Position numbers and translations under genes: made by a program. From Trichodelitschia bisporula (taxonomy: Eukaryota): 64,000 nucleotides of DNA. Under the pieces are notes generated by a model. The model saw nothing but the letters and a program-made list of their open reading frames with translations. It was not told the DNA's origin and did no database searches. The DNA lies in assembly GCA_010356995.1 (NCBI GenBank), contig ML996690.1:962217-1026216 (forward strand), written 5' to 3'. Shown one piece after another: positions 37,287-49,846 of this stretch. How positions within the stretch are numbered: the stretch's first letter is position 1; every line of letters begins with the position of its first letter.

Positions 37287-38788
37287 ATGCTCTCCCGCTC
37301 GATTTTTGGAGCTACACCACTCCGCTCTATCTTCACTCAAGCTACACCACTCCGCTCTGTCTTTACTCAAGCTACACCCCGCTCAATCCCCCGCTTCCAG
37401 CCCTTGACGCTCCCCCGCACTCTCGCCAGCATGACGTCAGTCTCGCCCTCGCCCACGCACTTCAACCTCACCAACGCACCCGGCGCCTCGCCGCCCTTCC
37501 GCACCCCGCCTGAAGGGAGTCTAGAAACCGCAAGCAAGCTGCTGCAGGAGAACCACGAGCGGTTCCACATCTTCTTCAACGAGGACGGGTTCCACGTACC
37601 TCCCCCTCCCCCTCCCCCACCAACCCATCCACCTAACAACCACAGAACCACATAGCGCACCACCTCGCAACCCTCCACGCCCTCGGTGCCTCCACCTCCC
37701 AACTCCAATCCGCCTTCAGCAACAACACATCCTACCAATGGCGCCTCAAACCCGCAACGCAGGACCTTTCCAACCCGGACACGTTCGCGAAAACCCTGGG
37801 CAGCAACGATGACTACGCCTCCTACCTCCGCTTCTTCGAGGCCTATCTATCCACGCACTCGGTCCCCAACACTCTATCTACTTACCTCTTCACCCACACC
37901 CCGCAAGCCAACGACCTCCTCGTCCGCCTCGTCTCAGGCCTCCTCCACCCCCTCCTACACCTGGGCTTCGCGCTGCGCACCGCCCAACCCGCCCTCACAG
38001 CCGAGGCGCTGGCCATGGCCGCCGTGCACGACAATTGGATGGGCAAGCTCCTGCTCCCCGCCGAGGAGCGCGCCGCCAGCACCAACGCCGCCTCCACACC
38101 CGCCTTCCTCGCCCTCGTCGACGAAATGCGCACTGACCCCACCATCGCCTCCGCCCCGCACTGGTCCGACGGGAACAAAATCCGCGACGGGCTGCTCGGG
38201 CGCGCCGCAGAGCCCACCATCGCCGGCCTAGCACGGTGGCGCGTCGCGCCCACCGAGGAGGCTGTCGCGAAGGCCACGGCACAGGTGCTCGACGGGACGG
38301 CGTGGCTCACCCTCGGCGCGCAGCGCGAGGGCAAGGCGCCTAGGATGGATTTCTTCCTTATTCATGGGGTGAATGCGGCGGGGGTTTGGGCGCCGGTTTT
38401 GCTGGGCCGTGGGCTGGGGAGGGAGATTAAGGTTAAGGATAGGGCGAGGTTGTGTGAGTGGATTGGGAGGGTTGCGATACTGAATTATCTGGCGAGGGGG
38501 GCGCCGGAGCCGCGCCTGGAGGCTGTGGAGGGGTGGGGGACGGGGGATGGGTGGGACAGCGTGCTGGAGAGGGCGTGTGAGTTGCCGGATGATGGGCATG
38601 CGGCAAAGGTGGTTAGGGCGTTGAGGGAGGGGGAGGATATCTGTAAGGGGGTTGAGGGGGGGAAGATGGAGGGGAAGTGGCTCAAGGGTGCGGCATTATT
38701 GGTTGATTCGGTGGAAGGGCATGAGGATCGGTGGGTTAGGGGTGCCGGGTTTAAGGAAGCGTGGGAGGGGGTGCCTGCGAAGTTGTAG
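37287..38788 (+). CDS. Questin oxidase / AflY (HypA)-like oxidoreductase
   Basis: LLQENHERFHIFFNEDGFH-NHIAHHL across intron 37596-37645, GLLHPLLHLGFA, DFFLIHGVN and DDGHAAKVVRAL. Ends in AKL. Confidence 0.88.
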
Positions 38789-38988
38789 GGGAGCTGTGGG
38801 GATGGCATGATATCCTGGGGAGGTAGTCGAGGAGGACCAAGTTGCACGACTCACTCGAAACAGATCGGAACAAGGAATTCTTAACTCATTACTACATCGC
38901 GCCGTCCACCCGATTACCGTACCGCCATCATGCTCCATCCGATCCCAAAGTCATAAACATAACCCGAACGCCAATCTCCCATCCCCGC

Positions 38989-39622
38989 TCAATGGCCCCA
39001 GAACACCCCCCTCCGCACCTTTGGCGGCGTCTTCGCCTTCATGTCACTGATACACACGCCCATCGTGCCATTGACACTCATTCCCACAACCGTCGGCTCA
39101 TCGAAATACGACCCTAGATCCGCCGCCACCTTGCTGCAGCTGTACCCCGCCTCACACCCCGCCAGACTGCCGCCGCACAGCGCCGTGTGTGCTTGGAGAC
39201 GGGGTGGTGAGGGGGGAGCGGCGGCGGCGGCGGCGGCGCTGGCGGGGAGGGAGGAGGGCTGGGTTAGGCGGCAGTTTTGGACGGCGGGGACGGCGGTGCA
39301 GGAGGATTGGCAGGAGAACTGTGGGGTGTTAGTGAGATGGTGCGGNNNNNNNNNNNNNNNNNNNNNNNNNNNNNNNNNNNNNNNNNNNNNNNNNNNNNNN
39401 NNNNNNNNNNNNNNNNNNNNNNNNNNNNNNNNNNNNNNNNTCGACACCCGGCGGGTGGCCTGGGTCTTTGGCGCAGGCGGCTGCGGCGCTGACGGCGCAG
39501 GCGCAGGTAGGGAGGGGTTTAAGTTGGCGCGGGGTAAGGGACGCGGGGGAGGTGAGGGGGTGGGAGGTGGTGAGGGTGAGGAGGGTGGAGAGGAGGGTGA
39601 TGAGGAGGGTTGAGGGGTGCAT
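38989..39622 (-). CDS. Small secreted cysteine-rich protein interrupted by a gap
   Basis: Signal peptide MHPSTLLITLLSTLLTLTTS and a LTPRQ propeptide-like site, with about 10 Cys in the visible parts. An intron 3' end (CTAAC...CAG) lies just after the gap. Confidence 0.65.
39346..39440. other. Assembly gap (95 N)
   Basis: N run. Confidence 1.
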
Positions 39623-41049
39623 TGTTGCGGTTGTGGGTTGGTGGTGTGGTGGAGGAAGGGGCTGTCCTGGGTGATAATCGAAGAGGAGGATGGGGAAGGC
39701 TGAGGCTTTGTAGTTGTAGTTGTGAGGATGGGGCGCAGTGGCGATGGTGGTGTTGGTGTTGGAGTTGGAAGCTGGTGAAGGATGCGATGCTGGAGTGCTG
39801 ATGTTGAAAGGAAGCAGCGATCGTTGAGTGCTATATACCCCCTCTCGATACTCCCTCGCGTCTTTCACGCGTGTCGTGATGAGAGACAGAAAGAGGCAGG
39901 CAGGAGCGTCGCGTAGTGTCCACACGCAAAAATTCCCCGCTCAGCCTCGCTGTTTTCAGCCAACACGAGAAGAGCCCCACACCAGGTCTTGAATCTCAAA
40001 AAAGCAAGCAACAAGATCCTGAGGAACGACAAGAATGCCCACAAGCCAGAAGCGTACAAACAAGAAAATCCTACAGTACCACAAACCGCAAGCCCTCCCC
40101 TTCCTCATATACCCTCCTGACCCACCCCTTCCCCTTCCACATTCCCCGGTCCACCTTCAATCAATCCGCCGCTCCCCATAGTAACACACCCACATATCCC
40201 TCCCGGCATCAGCGGCCAATGCGCGCCTCCCCGATCGGTCCGACGCGCGCGGTCCCCTCCGCGCCCGCGCCGGCACGTGAGACAACGCGCCTCCCATTTA
40301 ATTCCGCGCCTGGGCTGACGCAACTTGCGGACAACACATCGTGAACAATGAGCCTCAGCCGCGCCAAGTGCGCCTCCCAGCCCCCCTGCCCCCCACCCCC
40401 TGCTAGCCCCCCCGGCGCGTCGGAGTCGGACCGAACGGGCTATCGATATGGAGGGGTCGGTATGAGTGCACATATGCCGATCGTGGTACTATCAGACTTT
40501 ACGAGTAAGCTTACGGATGCATTGCGCTGGACGCCTAAAGCTTCGTCTTTGTGCTTCGTGTTACTTCTCTGCTCTCGGTGGGCAGTCTCCGGCCGATACT
40601 CCGATACTCCGATCGCCCAGCATCCCAGCCGAGCACTCTCCCCCAAACAAACCCCCGCGCCATCAAACCAGCGCGCACAATGCGACAAACAATCCCCTAT
40701 CCCTACTCTCACCGTCGTTTCCCACTAGAGACACACTCAGCCGCACGTGCACTGTACCTCGCACGCTGACATCTGGACCCCCTCACCAGCCACCCATCCA
40801 CCCATCCACCCATCCACCCACATCGGCCGCACAGACCCATCGAACGTGCATCAAACGCCGGGCGACCCCCCGAGAGCAGGCAAGCACTATTGTCAGAAAC
40901 TCTTGATTTCCCCCAGGTTTCCGGGTCGGTAATCTAGTCTGCACAGGAACGTCTAGATCGCTCCCTCATCTTCCTTGTCTTGCCTGCCTTCAGCATCCCT
41001 CATCTCCCTCATAATCGTACATTCAATCGTGCCTTCAACCTCCCCTTCA

Positions 41050-42984
41050 TCAGCGCCCCCCGCGACCCCCGCGGCCCCGTGCATACCCCTGGTTCTGATT
41101 CTGACTCCACTGCTGCTGCTGGCCGCCATAACCTCTACCAGGTAGACCACCAGGCGGACCACCAGGTAGCCCACCACCATGACCTCCCCTCCAACCTCCC
41201 TGTCCCCTCCCATCGCCGAACCCGCCTTGACCCCTCCAATCTCCGAACCCACCACCATAACCCCCATTGAACCCATTAAACCCCCTCATCCCCTCGCCCT
41301 GATACCCATACCCCATCTCCTGCCTCGGAACCCCATGCATCCCCCCCATCCCCATCCCAAACGCATTCCCCACACCCCCCGACCCAAACCCACCAAACCC
41401 CATCTGCGCCATTCCCTGCGCCATCATCTGCTGCTGCGGCGGCGGCGGCGGCGGCCACTGACCAGTCCAGTCACGCGGTGGCGGCGGCGGAGGCGCTGGA
41501 CCCGGCCCGTTGGGACTGAAGACCATACCGGGCGGGAAGGGCGGCTGGAACGGCGGGCCTTGTCCGACGGGACTACCGTGTCCGGAGGGCGGGCCGTGTC
41601 CAGGCGGAGGAGGGTGACTGGACGGCATACCGGGCGGGCCATGTCCCGGCGGCGGCGGCGGCGGCGGTGGCGGGTATCCCCTCCCAAACGGCGGCTGGTG
41701 CTGGTGCTGGTGCTGCGGCGGAGGCGGAGGCGGCGGCAGCGGCGAGCGCGGCCGATCAAAGTGCTCGCGCCGCTCTCTCTCGCTAAAGTCCTCAGCCGAG
41801 CGCGAGCGGGGCCGGCGGTGACCGAAGCGCGGCGGCGGAGAGCGCGAGAGGCTGCGGGAAGCGGACTGGGAGTGCTTGCGGCGAGAATCGGAGCGGCTGC
41901 GCGAGCGGGAGCAGGACGGAGAGCGCGAGCTGCCCGCCCGCCGACGTGAGCCTCGACCGCGCTGTCCTTCCTGCTGGAGCTCGCGGCGGGCCCGGCGCTC
42001 GACCTTCTTCGCCCACTGGTCTTCGACAAACTCCTGCGACCAGCCGTAGTATGTCTCTTCTCTCCAGCGCTTGCCCGATTTGTCCTGGAAGGTGCGACGG
42101 CCGAGGCGGTCGTAGTCGACGATTTCGGGGTCGTCTTCGTTCCACTCTGTGTTGTAGATGCGGTTTGCGGAAGCGATGTAGTCTTCCACTGCTTTGACAA
42201 GCTCGTCCGATGCCGGGCCCTCCTTCAGCGGTACAGGACGCATTTGCCGCGGGTCAATGGCCTTGCGCACGCCCGGTGTGATCAGCGGGAGCATGCAGGC
42301 GGCGGGCAGGTCGTACCATGGCGTATCGTGGTCGCCGAGGAAAGCTGGGATAATCTTCCACGACTCATCGTCGGCATCGCCCCCCGTTGTCTCGCCCGCC
42401 ATCTCTTCGTTTTTGTCCTCGAGTTCGCCGGCGGCGCGATCCCCCGCATACTTGACCGCGACATACATCCGCGTGATATCTGCATCCGCGAAGGCTCTAT
42501 CCTCCATCCAGAGGTCCAGCACACGCCGCACGCGCATATGGTGTTTCAACTTCTTCTCGCGAGGAAACGCAGCCACAACCGCCAGCAGGTCCACGATATG
42601 CGGCACAAGAGTGCTTGACAAGTTGGGAACGCCGGATTGTTGCGCCTGGTGGCATTGCATGTGGTGTATGAGGTCGCTAACGAGGTAGAGGATGTTGAGG
42701 CGGCGACGCGTCGGAGTCGGCTTCGGGCCCGGCGACGGCGCGCTCGCCAGCGCAACCAGGTACTTCCCCAGCGAGTTGAGGCGGACGGTCGAAGGTGCAG
42801 CGTACCGGATGAGCCAGTTCTTGCAGGCGGCGACGTTGGGCCGCGAGCATTGCGTGATTACCGCGTCGAAAAGCGTGTGCAGCCGGGCGATTTCGTCACC
42901 GGGGACGGAGGGCAGGCCTGGCTCCGAGCGGAGCATGGCGGCGGCGAGAGAGGCCTTTGCGACGGTTACTTGGTGTGTTGCCAT
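41050..42984 (-). CDS. CID/RPR (RNA Pol II CTD-interacting) domain protein with RS, proline-rich and RGG regions
   Basis: CSRPNVAACKNW, RRRLNILYLVSDLIH, PWYDLPAA and ETYYGWS, then an SRSRSRS tract and an RGG tail. Confidence 0.83.
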   Translation of the reverse strand: MATHQVTVAKASLAAAMLRSEPGLPSVPGDEIARLHTLFDAVITQCSRPNVAACKNWLIRYAAPSTVRLNSLGKYLVALASAPSPGPKPTPTRRRLNILYLVSDLIHHMQCHQAQQSGVPNLSSTLVPHIVDLLAVVAAFPREKKLKHHMRVRRVLDLWMEDRAFADADITRMYVAVKYAGDRAAGELEDKNEEMAGETTGGDADDESWKIIPAFLGDHDTPWYDLPAACMLPLITPGVRKAIDPRQMRPVPLKEGPASDELVKAVEDYIASANRIYNTEWNEDDPEIVDYDRLGRRTFQDKSGKRWREETYYGWSQEFVEDQWAKKVERRARRELQQEGQRGRGSRRRAGSSRSPSCSRSRSRSDSRRKHSQSASRSLSRSPPPRFGHRRPRSRSAEDFSERERREHFDRPRSPLPPPPPPPQHQHQHQPPFGRGYPPPPPPPPPGHGPPGMPSSHPPPPGHGPPSGHGSPVGQGPPFQPPFPPGMVFSPNGPGPAPPPPPPRDWTGQWPPPPPPQQQMMAQGMAQMGFGGFGSGGVGNAFGMGMGGMHGVPRQEMGYGYQGEGMRGFNGFNGGYGGGFGDWRGQGGFGDGRGQGGWRGGHGGGLPGGPPGGLPGRGYGGQQQQWSQNQNQGYARGRGGRGGR

Positions 42985-44257
42985 CGCGAGGTGTAGGTAT
43001 GGCGGGTCTAAGAGAGAAGTATCACATATCTGCGAGGCATTGGGACTCGGTTTGCGAACTGGTAGTTCGAAGGGCTTCATAGCACGTGATGTAGAATTAT
43101 GGGTCACGTGGATGTGCAGGCACAAGCGCCAAGCGCGCGTGTGTGAATTGCCGGAGGCGGTCATAGCTTGTGGCTAGAGCAAGCCACTCACACGGCTGAA
43201 TTTAGCGTCACCTTGGCAACAGACACCGGCCACCCGACGCAAGTGGCTTACCTACCGTACACTCAACGGATGAAAGAGGCCGAAGGGACAAGTTTGGTGA
43301 TGCTTATGACATGCATCAATCAATAGTGCGCGCTTTCTATTGCCGAACACGCATGCTGCATTCCCTTGCTCCCTTGGTCCTATTCGGAGAACACATTGCG
43401 GCATCGCGGACATATTCGGAGTCCTCAACCCTCCTTCCCCCGCAGTTGCATCACCACCGAGGTCGTCAGTCGACAACATACCGTATTCGTCACCGAGAAA
43501 AAGAAACAAGCGTGTCCGAGGCAAGCAAGTTCTTTATCCGTTTCGAAGTCTCAAATCTGCACCACACCCGCATCGAATCCGCATCAAATCTGCTTTGCTG
43601 ACAAGTCCATGACTTCAATATTGCTCCTCTCAAGTGTATAAGTTGTTACTATTTTGTTTGACTTGGCACATCATCACTTCTCTGAGTCCTCATTCGAGGA
43701 GCTAAACAAACCAGCCCGGCTCACAAGCCACAAGCCACACCAACATTGAAGCGGCAAATGACGCTAAGCATCGGAGGGGTGGAGCTCGTCCTCGCCTTCT
43801 AGACCCCGACCTTCCCTTAACCACATGCGCCGGCGCCGCCATCTTTCTCACCCATCTGAAAATCAGCCCTTCACTACCACCACCACAACCACACTCCAAC
43901 CTGCTCTTCAACACTTCGTGGAATTAGCAGGTCCCTCTCCACTCTTAAATCCCTATTCTTCCTCGCTGCTCTCTCCTCTGGGCGATGGACGGTATTGCTC
44001 GTCAGCCTCGAGTCGTACGACTTTTCTACGTCGCCTGCTTTTGACGTACCGCCGTACAACCCCCCAGTTGCCATCAATCTTGGCCATATTCACAATGCTC
44101 GATTTATAAGGTTCCTTCGCCAACACCATAGGTCCCCAGTCGTCACTTGTCCTTCCTCCCTCTCTGCCGCTCCTCAGTGGCCATCTTATCATCTCACTAC
44201 CCTCAATTGAGGAGCTGCCCTACTTAATTGTTCCTTGTTTTCCCTTCAGCCGCTATC

Positions 44258-47008
44258 ATGATCGGTCGGTTTGTCCTCAAGATCCTTCGCGGGATAGGGC
44301 ACGCAAAGGAAATGGATCCCCATGAGAAGAAATCCAATTTCAAGTTCCCCGCGTGGATGAAGGTCGCTAAACTCCACAAGTTCAACTTCATCCTGCTGCA
44401 CTGTATGACGTCTTCCCCCCCCTTTCCCATGCCGTATACGCATATTAACATACATCGTAGACATATACTTGATCTCCATGACCCTCATTGGCTCCATCCT
44501 TCTTTTTCCAACAGGTGGAATGCACTATATTGATGCGTTGTTCTTTGCCGCTGGAGGTGCGACCCAAAGTGGTCTCAACACGTGAGTCCAAGCTTGCAAT
44601 CACAATATTTTTGACTAACATCCAACAGCATTGACGTTAATAAGCTCAAACTCTACCAACAAATTATTCTGGTCATCATCCCTTCACTATGTAATCCAAT
44701 CGCCATCAATACGTTTGTCGTGTTTGTCCGCCTTTACTGGTTCGAAAAGCGCTTCCAAAACATCGTTAGAGACGCCCGCGAACTGCGCAGCCGGACCAGA
44801 TCACGAACCAAAACCGAGGAAAAGCGTGTCCCCGATCTTGACCAAGAGGAGCGCGGTGTCAATGGCCGGCAAATCACTGTGATACGAAATGGCAATGCCT
44901 CGAGTGAGCCGTCTAAAGCAGAGGGCAAACAGCCTGAAGCGTCCGAGCCGACGCCATCAACAGACAAAATCCAGGATTTTGCCGCCGATCAGAGTCCTAC
45001 ACGTAAGTCGGAGAGCAGTGAGCGTCCACCAGCCTCTCCGTTCCATCGTGATATCGTCTTTGCCGACGAGCTGCCCTCTCCCAGCCGGGATACGCACCAT
45101 GAAACACGGTTCCCCCACAACCGGTCTCGCGAGCAGCACATTGCCTTCCTCGAGAACCAGCGAAATCCTAAAGACAAGGCGGCGCTACGTATTCCTGGTC
45201 CACGGGATGTCGAGCGCGGTGACGTGCCTCAGCGCGTTGAAGAAGGAGAGGACGCGAATAACATGGACCGGTGGATGTCCAGAGACCAGCACCCTCAGAC
45301 GCCCGCCCTGCCCGGCGAGCTCAACTGGGATGACCACCCGGTCAAGGAAGAATACGCGGCGGAGAACTCGGAATCATTGGCGTACCGCCTTCGCACAAAA
45401 CTTCCGAAGTGGCCCACCGGTTCTACGAGTGGGCTGCGGAAGCGGGCAATGTCGCGGATGAAGACGTTCCCTAGCTTCCTAAGCCAGGACCGCGGTCAAG
45501 ACGACCCATTACCGTACCTCAGCTACACGGCCACAATTGGCAGAAACTCCACCTTTGTCGACCTGACCGAAGAGCAGAGGGAAGAACTCGGCGGCATCGA
45601 GTACCGGTCACTCAAGACGCTGGCCTGGGTCCTGATAGCATATCAGGCCTTCTTTTTCGCCCTTGGAATCATCACCCTCCTTCCTTGGATCCTGCACACC
45701 GGGTATGCGATGATAGTTCGTGCAGACGGGGTTTCAGCCGTGTGGTGGGGCTTTTTTACTCCTATCTCGATGTTTACCGACCTTGGTTTTACTCTGACGC
45801 CAGAGAGTATGATACCGTTCCAGAAGGCTGTGCTACCGCTGCTAGTGGGCACCTTTTTGATCATAATCGGCAACACGGGCTTTCCCTGCATGCTGCGCTT
45901 CGTCATCTGGGGTGCGTCGCTAGTATTTCCACGTGGTAGCGGCATTTGGGAGGAATTACGCTTCCTGCTCGACCATCCCCGCCGCTGCTTCACGCTTCTC
46001 TTTCCTCGCAAGGCGACTTGGTGGTTGTTTGGTGTCCTAGTACTCCTCAACGGCCTCGACCTGATCTTTTTCGTTCTGCTCGACCTCAAAGATCCGGTCG
46101 TAACGTCTCTCCCCCCAGGCTTCCAATTTCTAGATGGCCTCTTCCAGGCCGCGAGCACCCGCACCGCCGGCTTTGCCGTCATCAACCTGGCAGACCTGCA
46201 CCCGGCCATCCAAGTGTCCTACCTAATCATGATGTACATCTCCGTCTTCCCGATAGCAATCAGCATCCGGCAGACCAACGTCTACGAAGAAAATTCCCTC
46301 GGCATCTACCACGATTCCTCAAGCCCAGACGACGCGTCCGACGAAACAAGCTATCTCTCCGCCCATCTCCGGCGCCAACTCTCCTTCGACCTGTGGTACG
46401 TCTTCCTCGGCCTCTTCCTCATCTGCATCGTCGAAGGCGCGCGCATCCAGAACCGCGCCGGCGACGACTACGCCTTCACCACCTTCTCCCTGCTCTTCGA
46501 AATCGTCTCCGCCTACGGCACCGTCGGCCTCTCCCTCGGCTACCCAAACACAAACACCTCCTTCAGCGCCCAACTCAAGCCCCTCTCCAAACTCATCATC
46601 ATAGCCATGATGCTCCGCGGCCGCCACCGTGGCCTCCCCTACGCGCTCGACCGCGCTATTCTCCTTCCTTCCGAATCCCTCCAAAGGAAGGAGGGCGAGT
46701 ACGCGGCTGCTGTTCAGCGCCAGCGCCGCGCTAGCCATGCCTCTGCCTCGGCTGTTTCTGTCGCTTCGGGCGCGCGGCATGATTCGGATCCCTTTGCGCG
46801 CCATCCTACGACTGCGGTCGATGATCTCTCCAGCGTGGGCATGACGCCTTTGGCGCTCAACCGCACGGGTACAGGGCGGAGTCTGAACGCGGATAGTATG
46901 GCCGAGGGACGCAGGGGACGCAGTCGGCGCAGACTGAGTGGGCTCGTGGCCTCGGCGTTGAGTGCCGGGCCAGGGCTTTGGGGTGACGACAGGGAGAAGC
47001 GGGCGTGA
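44258..47008 (+). CDS. TRK1: Trk-family K+ transporter
   Basis: YIDALFFAAGGATQSGLNT, IGRNS...ELGGIEYRSL, FTDLGF, STRTAGF, SAYGTVGLSLGY and RGRHRGLP. Introns 44403-44460 and 44582-44628. Confidence 0.93.
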
Positions 47009-47336
47009 TGCTACTGTGTGTGATGACAAAAGTGGTTTCCGAGCGTGCTTTGAGAGCCTCATTTGCATTTTATATCTGGGACGTGCAGGCGGTTTATGTC
47101 GTTTGATTAGAACTTAGGCGGTTGCGTTTGTTTTCAAGGGAAGCCCCTAGGCGGATATACAGGCGGCGATGTTTTTCGATATACCCGGCATGATATTCGT
47201 GAGGAACAGGATTCATAACTTCGATTTCTCATATCAAACGAACGTGCAAATACGCTAGCTAAAGCACAAAGCACTGGAAGAATTCAAGCGTGACCAAGCT
47301 CGTGTACTTACCTCAACCGCATCGCCCAACACCAGC

Positions 47337-49846
47337 CTAATCCACAACCTCCCCATCCACCTTCTCAAACTCGCCATAAAAGGCTTCAAAAACCTTCACC
47401 CCGAGACCCGGATCCTTCGCCCCCGTCGTCGCGCGAATAGAATGCATACTAAGCTGCACAATCCCCGCATCAATAGCCCGACACCCGATCGCAGAGCTAA
47501 GCATCGGGCCCACCGTCCCTCCACTCCGACTATCATTCCTGATCTGAAACACCTGCAGGGGCGGCAACCCGCGCTTCGCCACGCACGCGCTGAGCAGCGC
47601 ACAACTCGGCCCATCACTCGTCATATGCCCATTCGGATCTCTTGCAATCGCAGGTCCAACATTCAATCTCGGCGCATGGCCCGCCAAATACGCACCCAGG
47701 AAATTCGGATTCGCAGCATGCGTCACGTCCGCACTCAACAAAAAGCTGTTCGCGGCCGTGCGGGCGCTGAGATCGGCCTGTGCGGCATCGGGTGCCAGCG
47801 CCTCGACGGCGCGGCTCAGCGTCGCGGGCAGGAAATTGCCTCGCGCGCCTTGCCTTAGCAGAGACCCGATTTCCTCGTTGTCAAACAGCGCGGCGATGCG
47901 GATGATCCCCGAGCCGGAAGAGTGAGAGGCGAGGAGGGCTTGGACGGCGGCCCAGGAGCAAATTTTATCGTCGATGCGCGGCGCGAAGAGGAGATCTTTG
48001 TCGAGCCCACCTAGAGCGGCCGGCTGCGTGTCGAAGAGCTCGAGGTCCCAGTCGAGGATGGTGGAGGCTGTGGGGTTAGATAAGGTGTAGTAGGGGAGGA
48101 GGGGGGGCAAGTACGATCTTTGATGCCGAGCTCGCCTGTAACGGCCTTGACGAGGCGCGGGGGCTGGGTATCAGCGAAGCAGGACGATGTGGTCCGGGGC
48201 GCTTCGGCGAATGCGTCGACCATGGCGTCAGACTCTGGTTCGTCGTCCAGGCCGATGATGGGAACCATTTGCGTTTCCGTATTGAAAGGCCCGTTGGCGG
48301 CAGCGCCGAAGTGCGGGGCCAGAGTTGGGATACGTGCAACTTTAGATATTAGCTAGACCTAAGGGCAGTTTTACGAGCCGCTATCAACTCACTTCCCCGG
48401 TTGAGTGTCACCAGCTTCGTCGTGATCTTGCCTTCACTCTGAACGATTACGCGCCCGCCAATCCCGAGATCACGATCCCACCAGGTGCTATTCAAGCCGC
48501 CAGCGTATGGAGCGACGCCTGAAAACATTAGTTGGCCGAACCTCCGAAATTGGATACCTTACCGAGCTGGAGATAGCCCGCCTTGGTCGGCACCTTGGAA
48601 ACCGGCTTCACTGTTGTCGTTAGCCCCAGCCTACATCCAACTCAACCTACTCACCCTTCACCGTAACGGCATCAACATGCCCCGCAATGATCGCAGCCCC
48701 ATTGCCCGGCTTATAATCCTCGCCCACCAAGAACGCAATCAGACTGCTCCCATTCCGCTCGACGTAGTATTTCCCACCGGTCTTCAGCTTCCACTCCTGC
48801 CGTTCCGACAGCTTCTCGTATCCGGCGTTCTTCAACTGGTCTGCCATCGCGGCAACCGTATGGAACACGGTCGGGTTCTCAGTGAGAAACTGACAGAACG
48901 GCTCTGCGTAGTCCTCGGGCTTCCTTTCGGGCTTCATTTCATCGGTTTGGATTTCCTCGGGTTGTATTTCCTCAGGTTGCTTTTGCTTGGGAGAAAGCTC
49001 TTTTGGGGGAAGCTCTTTAAAAAACTCGAATTTCGTGCTCGAAGGACGAAATTCACAAGTGAACTCGGAGTTCTTGATTAACGGAGAGAACCCGGAAGCG
49101 GGCTCGGGTTTCATGCTCAGCGGGGGAAGCTCGCCAGTGCTCACTGCTCGCTTAGCAGCAGCGATTGAAGTACGAGGTCTGGTGTTGGGGGATGCTCCAG
49201 CTCTCCTGCTCGGTGGAGAGCGTGCGGTAACGATCTCCGGTTTCTTGCCCAACCGAGAGAGCGCGGCAGCAATCTCGGGTGGTATGTTCGATGAGGGAGG
49301 CTCGCCAGTGCCCTCGGGTCGCTTGCCAGCAGCGACCGATTCTCGAGGTCGGGTATTCGGGGCAGGGACAGACTCCGATATCCCGGGTTGTTTGCTGGGC
49401 GTAGAGGGTCCGGCAGTGTTCTCGAGTTGCTTGCTCGGCGGAGAGAGTTCGGTAGTGCTCCCGCGTTTCTTGTTCGAACAATCAAGGCAGTCAAGGCGAT
49501 GGCGGGGTGGTGGGCTCCGGTCGCGAAGCTGGTAGGGGCCCAAGGGTTGATCGGGACCGGCGATTGTGTCTCGTATGTTTATCTCGGGGGGGGGACCAAA
49601 GTCTTGCCTTCCGGGAAAATCCTCGGAGGGGATAAAGTATCTCCATCTCCACCTTTGATCAGTCGGCTTCTCCCACTTCTCCTGCTTCTTCTGCTTCTTC
49701 TTCTCATTCTCCTCCAAGCCGTCATCCGACACGCCGAAGTCACTCTGGGCGCAGTCACTCCGGGCGTCGTCCTCGGCCGTGGGCTCAGAGCGGAGAGTGG
49801 ACATCGAGGGGGTCTTGGGGGGGCCGTCGACGACGCGTATCGTCAT
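47337..49846 (-). CDS. M18 aminopeptidase (Ape1/Lap4-like) with a long N-terminal extension
   Basis: FLTENPTVFH, AGHVDA, WWDRDLG, LAPHFG, DDKIC, FDNEEIGS, SADVTHA and LSMHSIR. Four short introns lie between 48068 and 48654. The start codon is uncertain. Confidence 0.9.

Noticed and set aside
24387..38788. Secondary-metabolite cluster around the AflY-like and GT25 genes
   Set aside because: No PKS, NRPS or terpene synthase and no cluster regulator; the neighbours are housekeeping genes.
43083..43110. Paired CACGTG E-boxes between the CID and Trk genes
   Set aside because: A common hexamer; no factor or function can be assigned from sequence alone.
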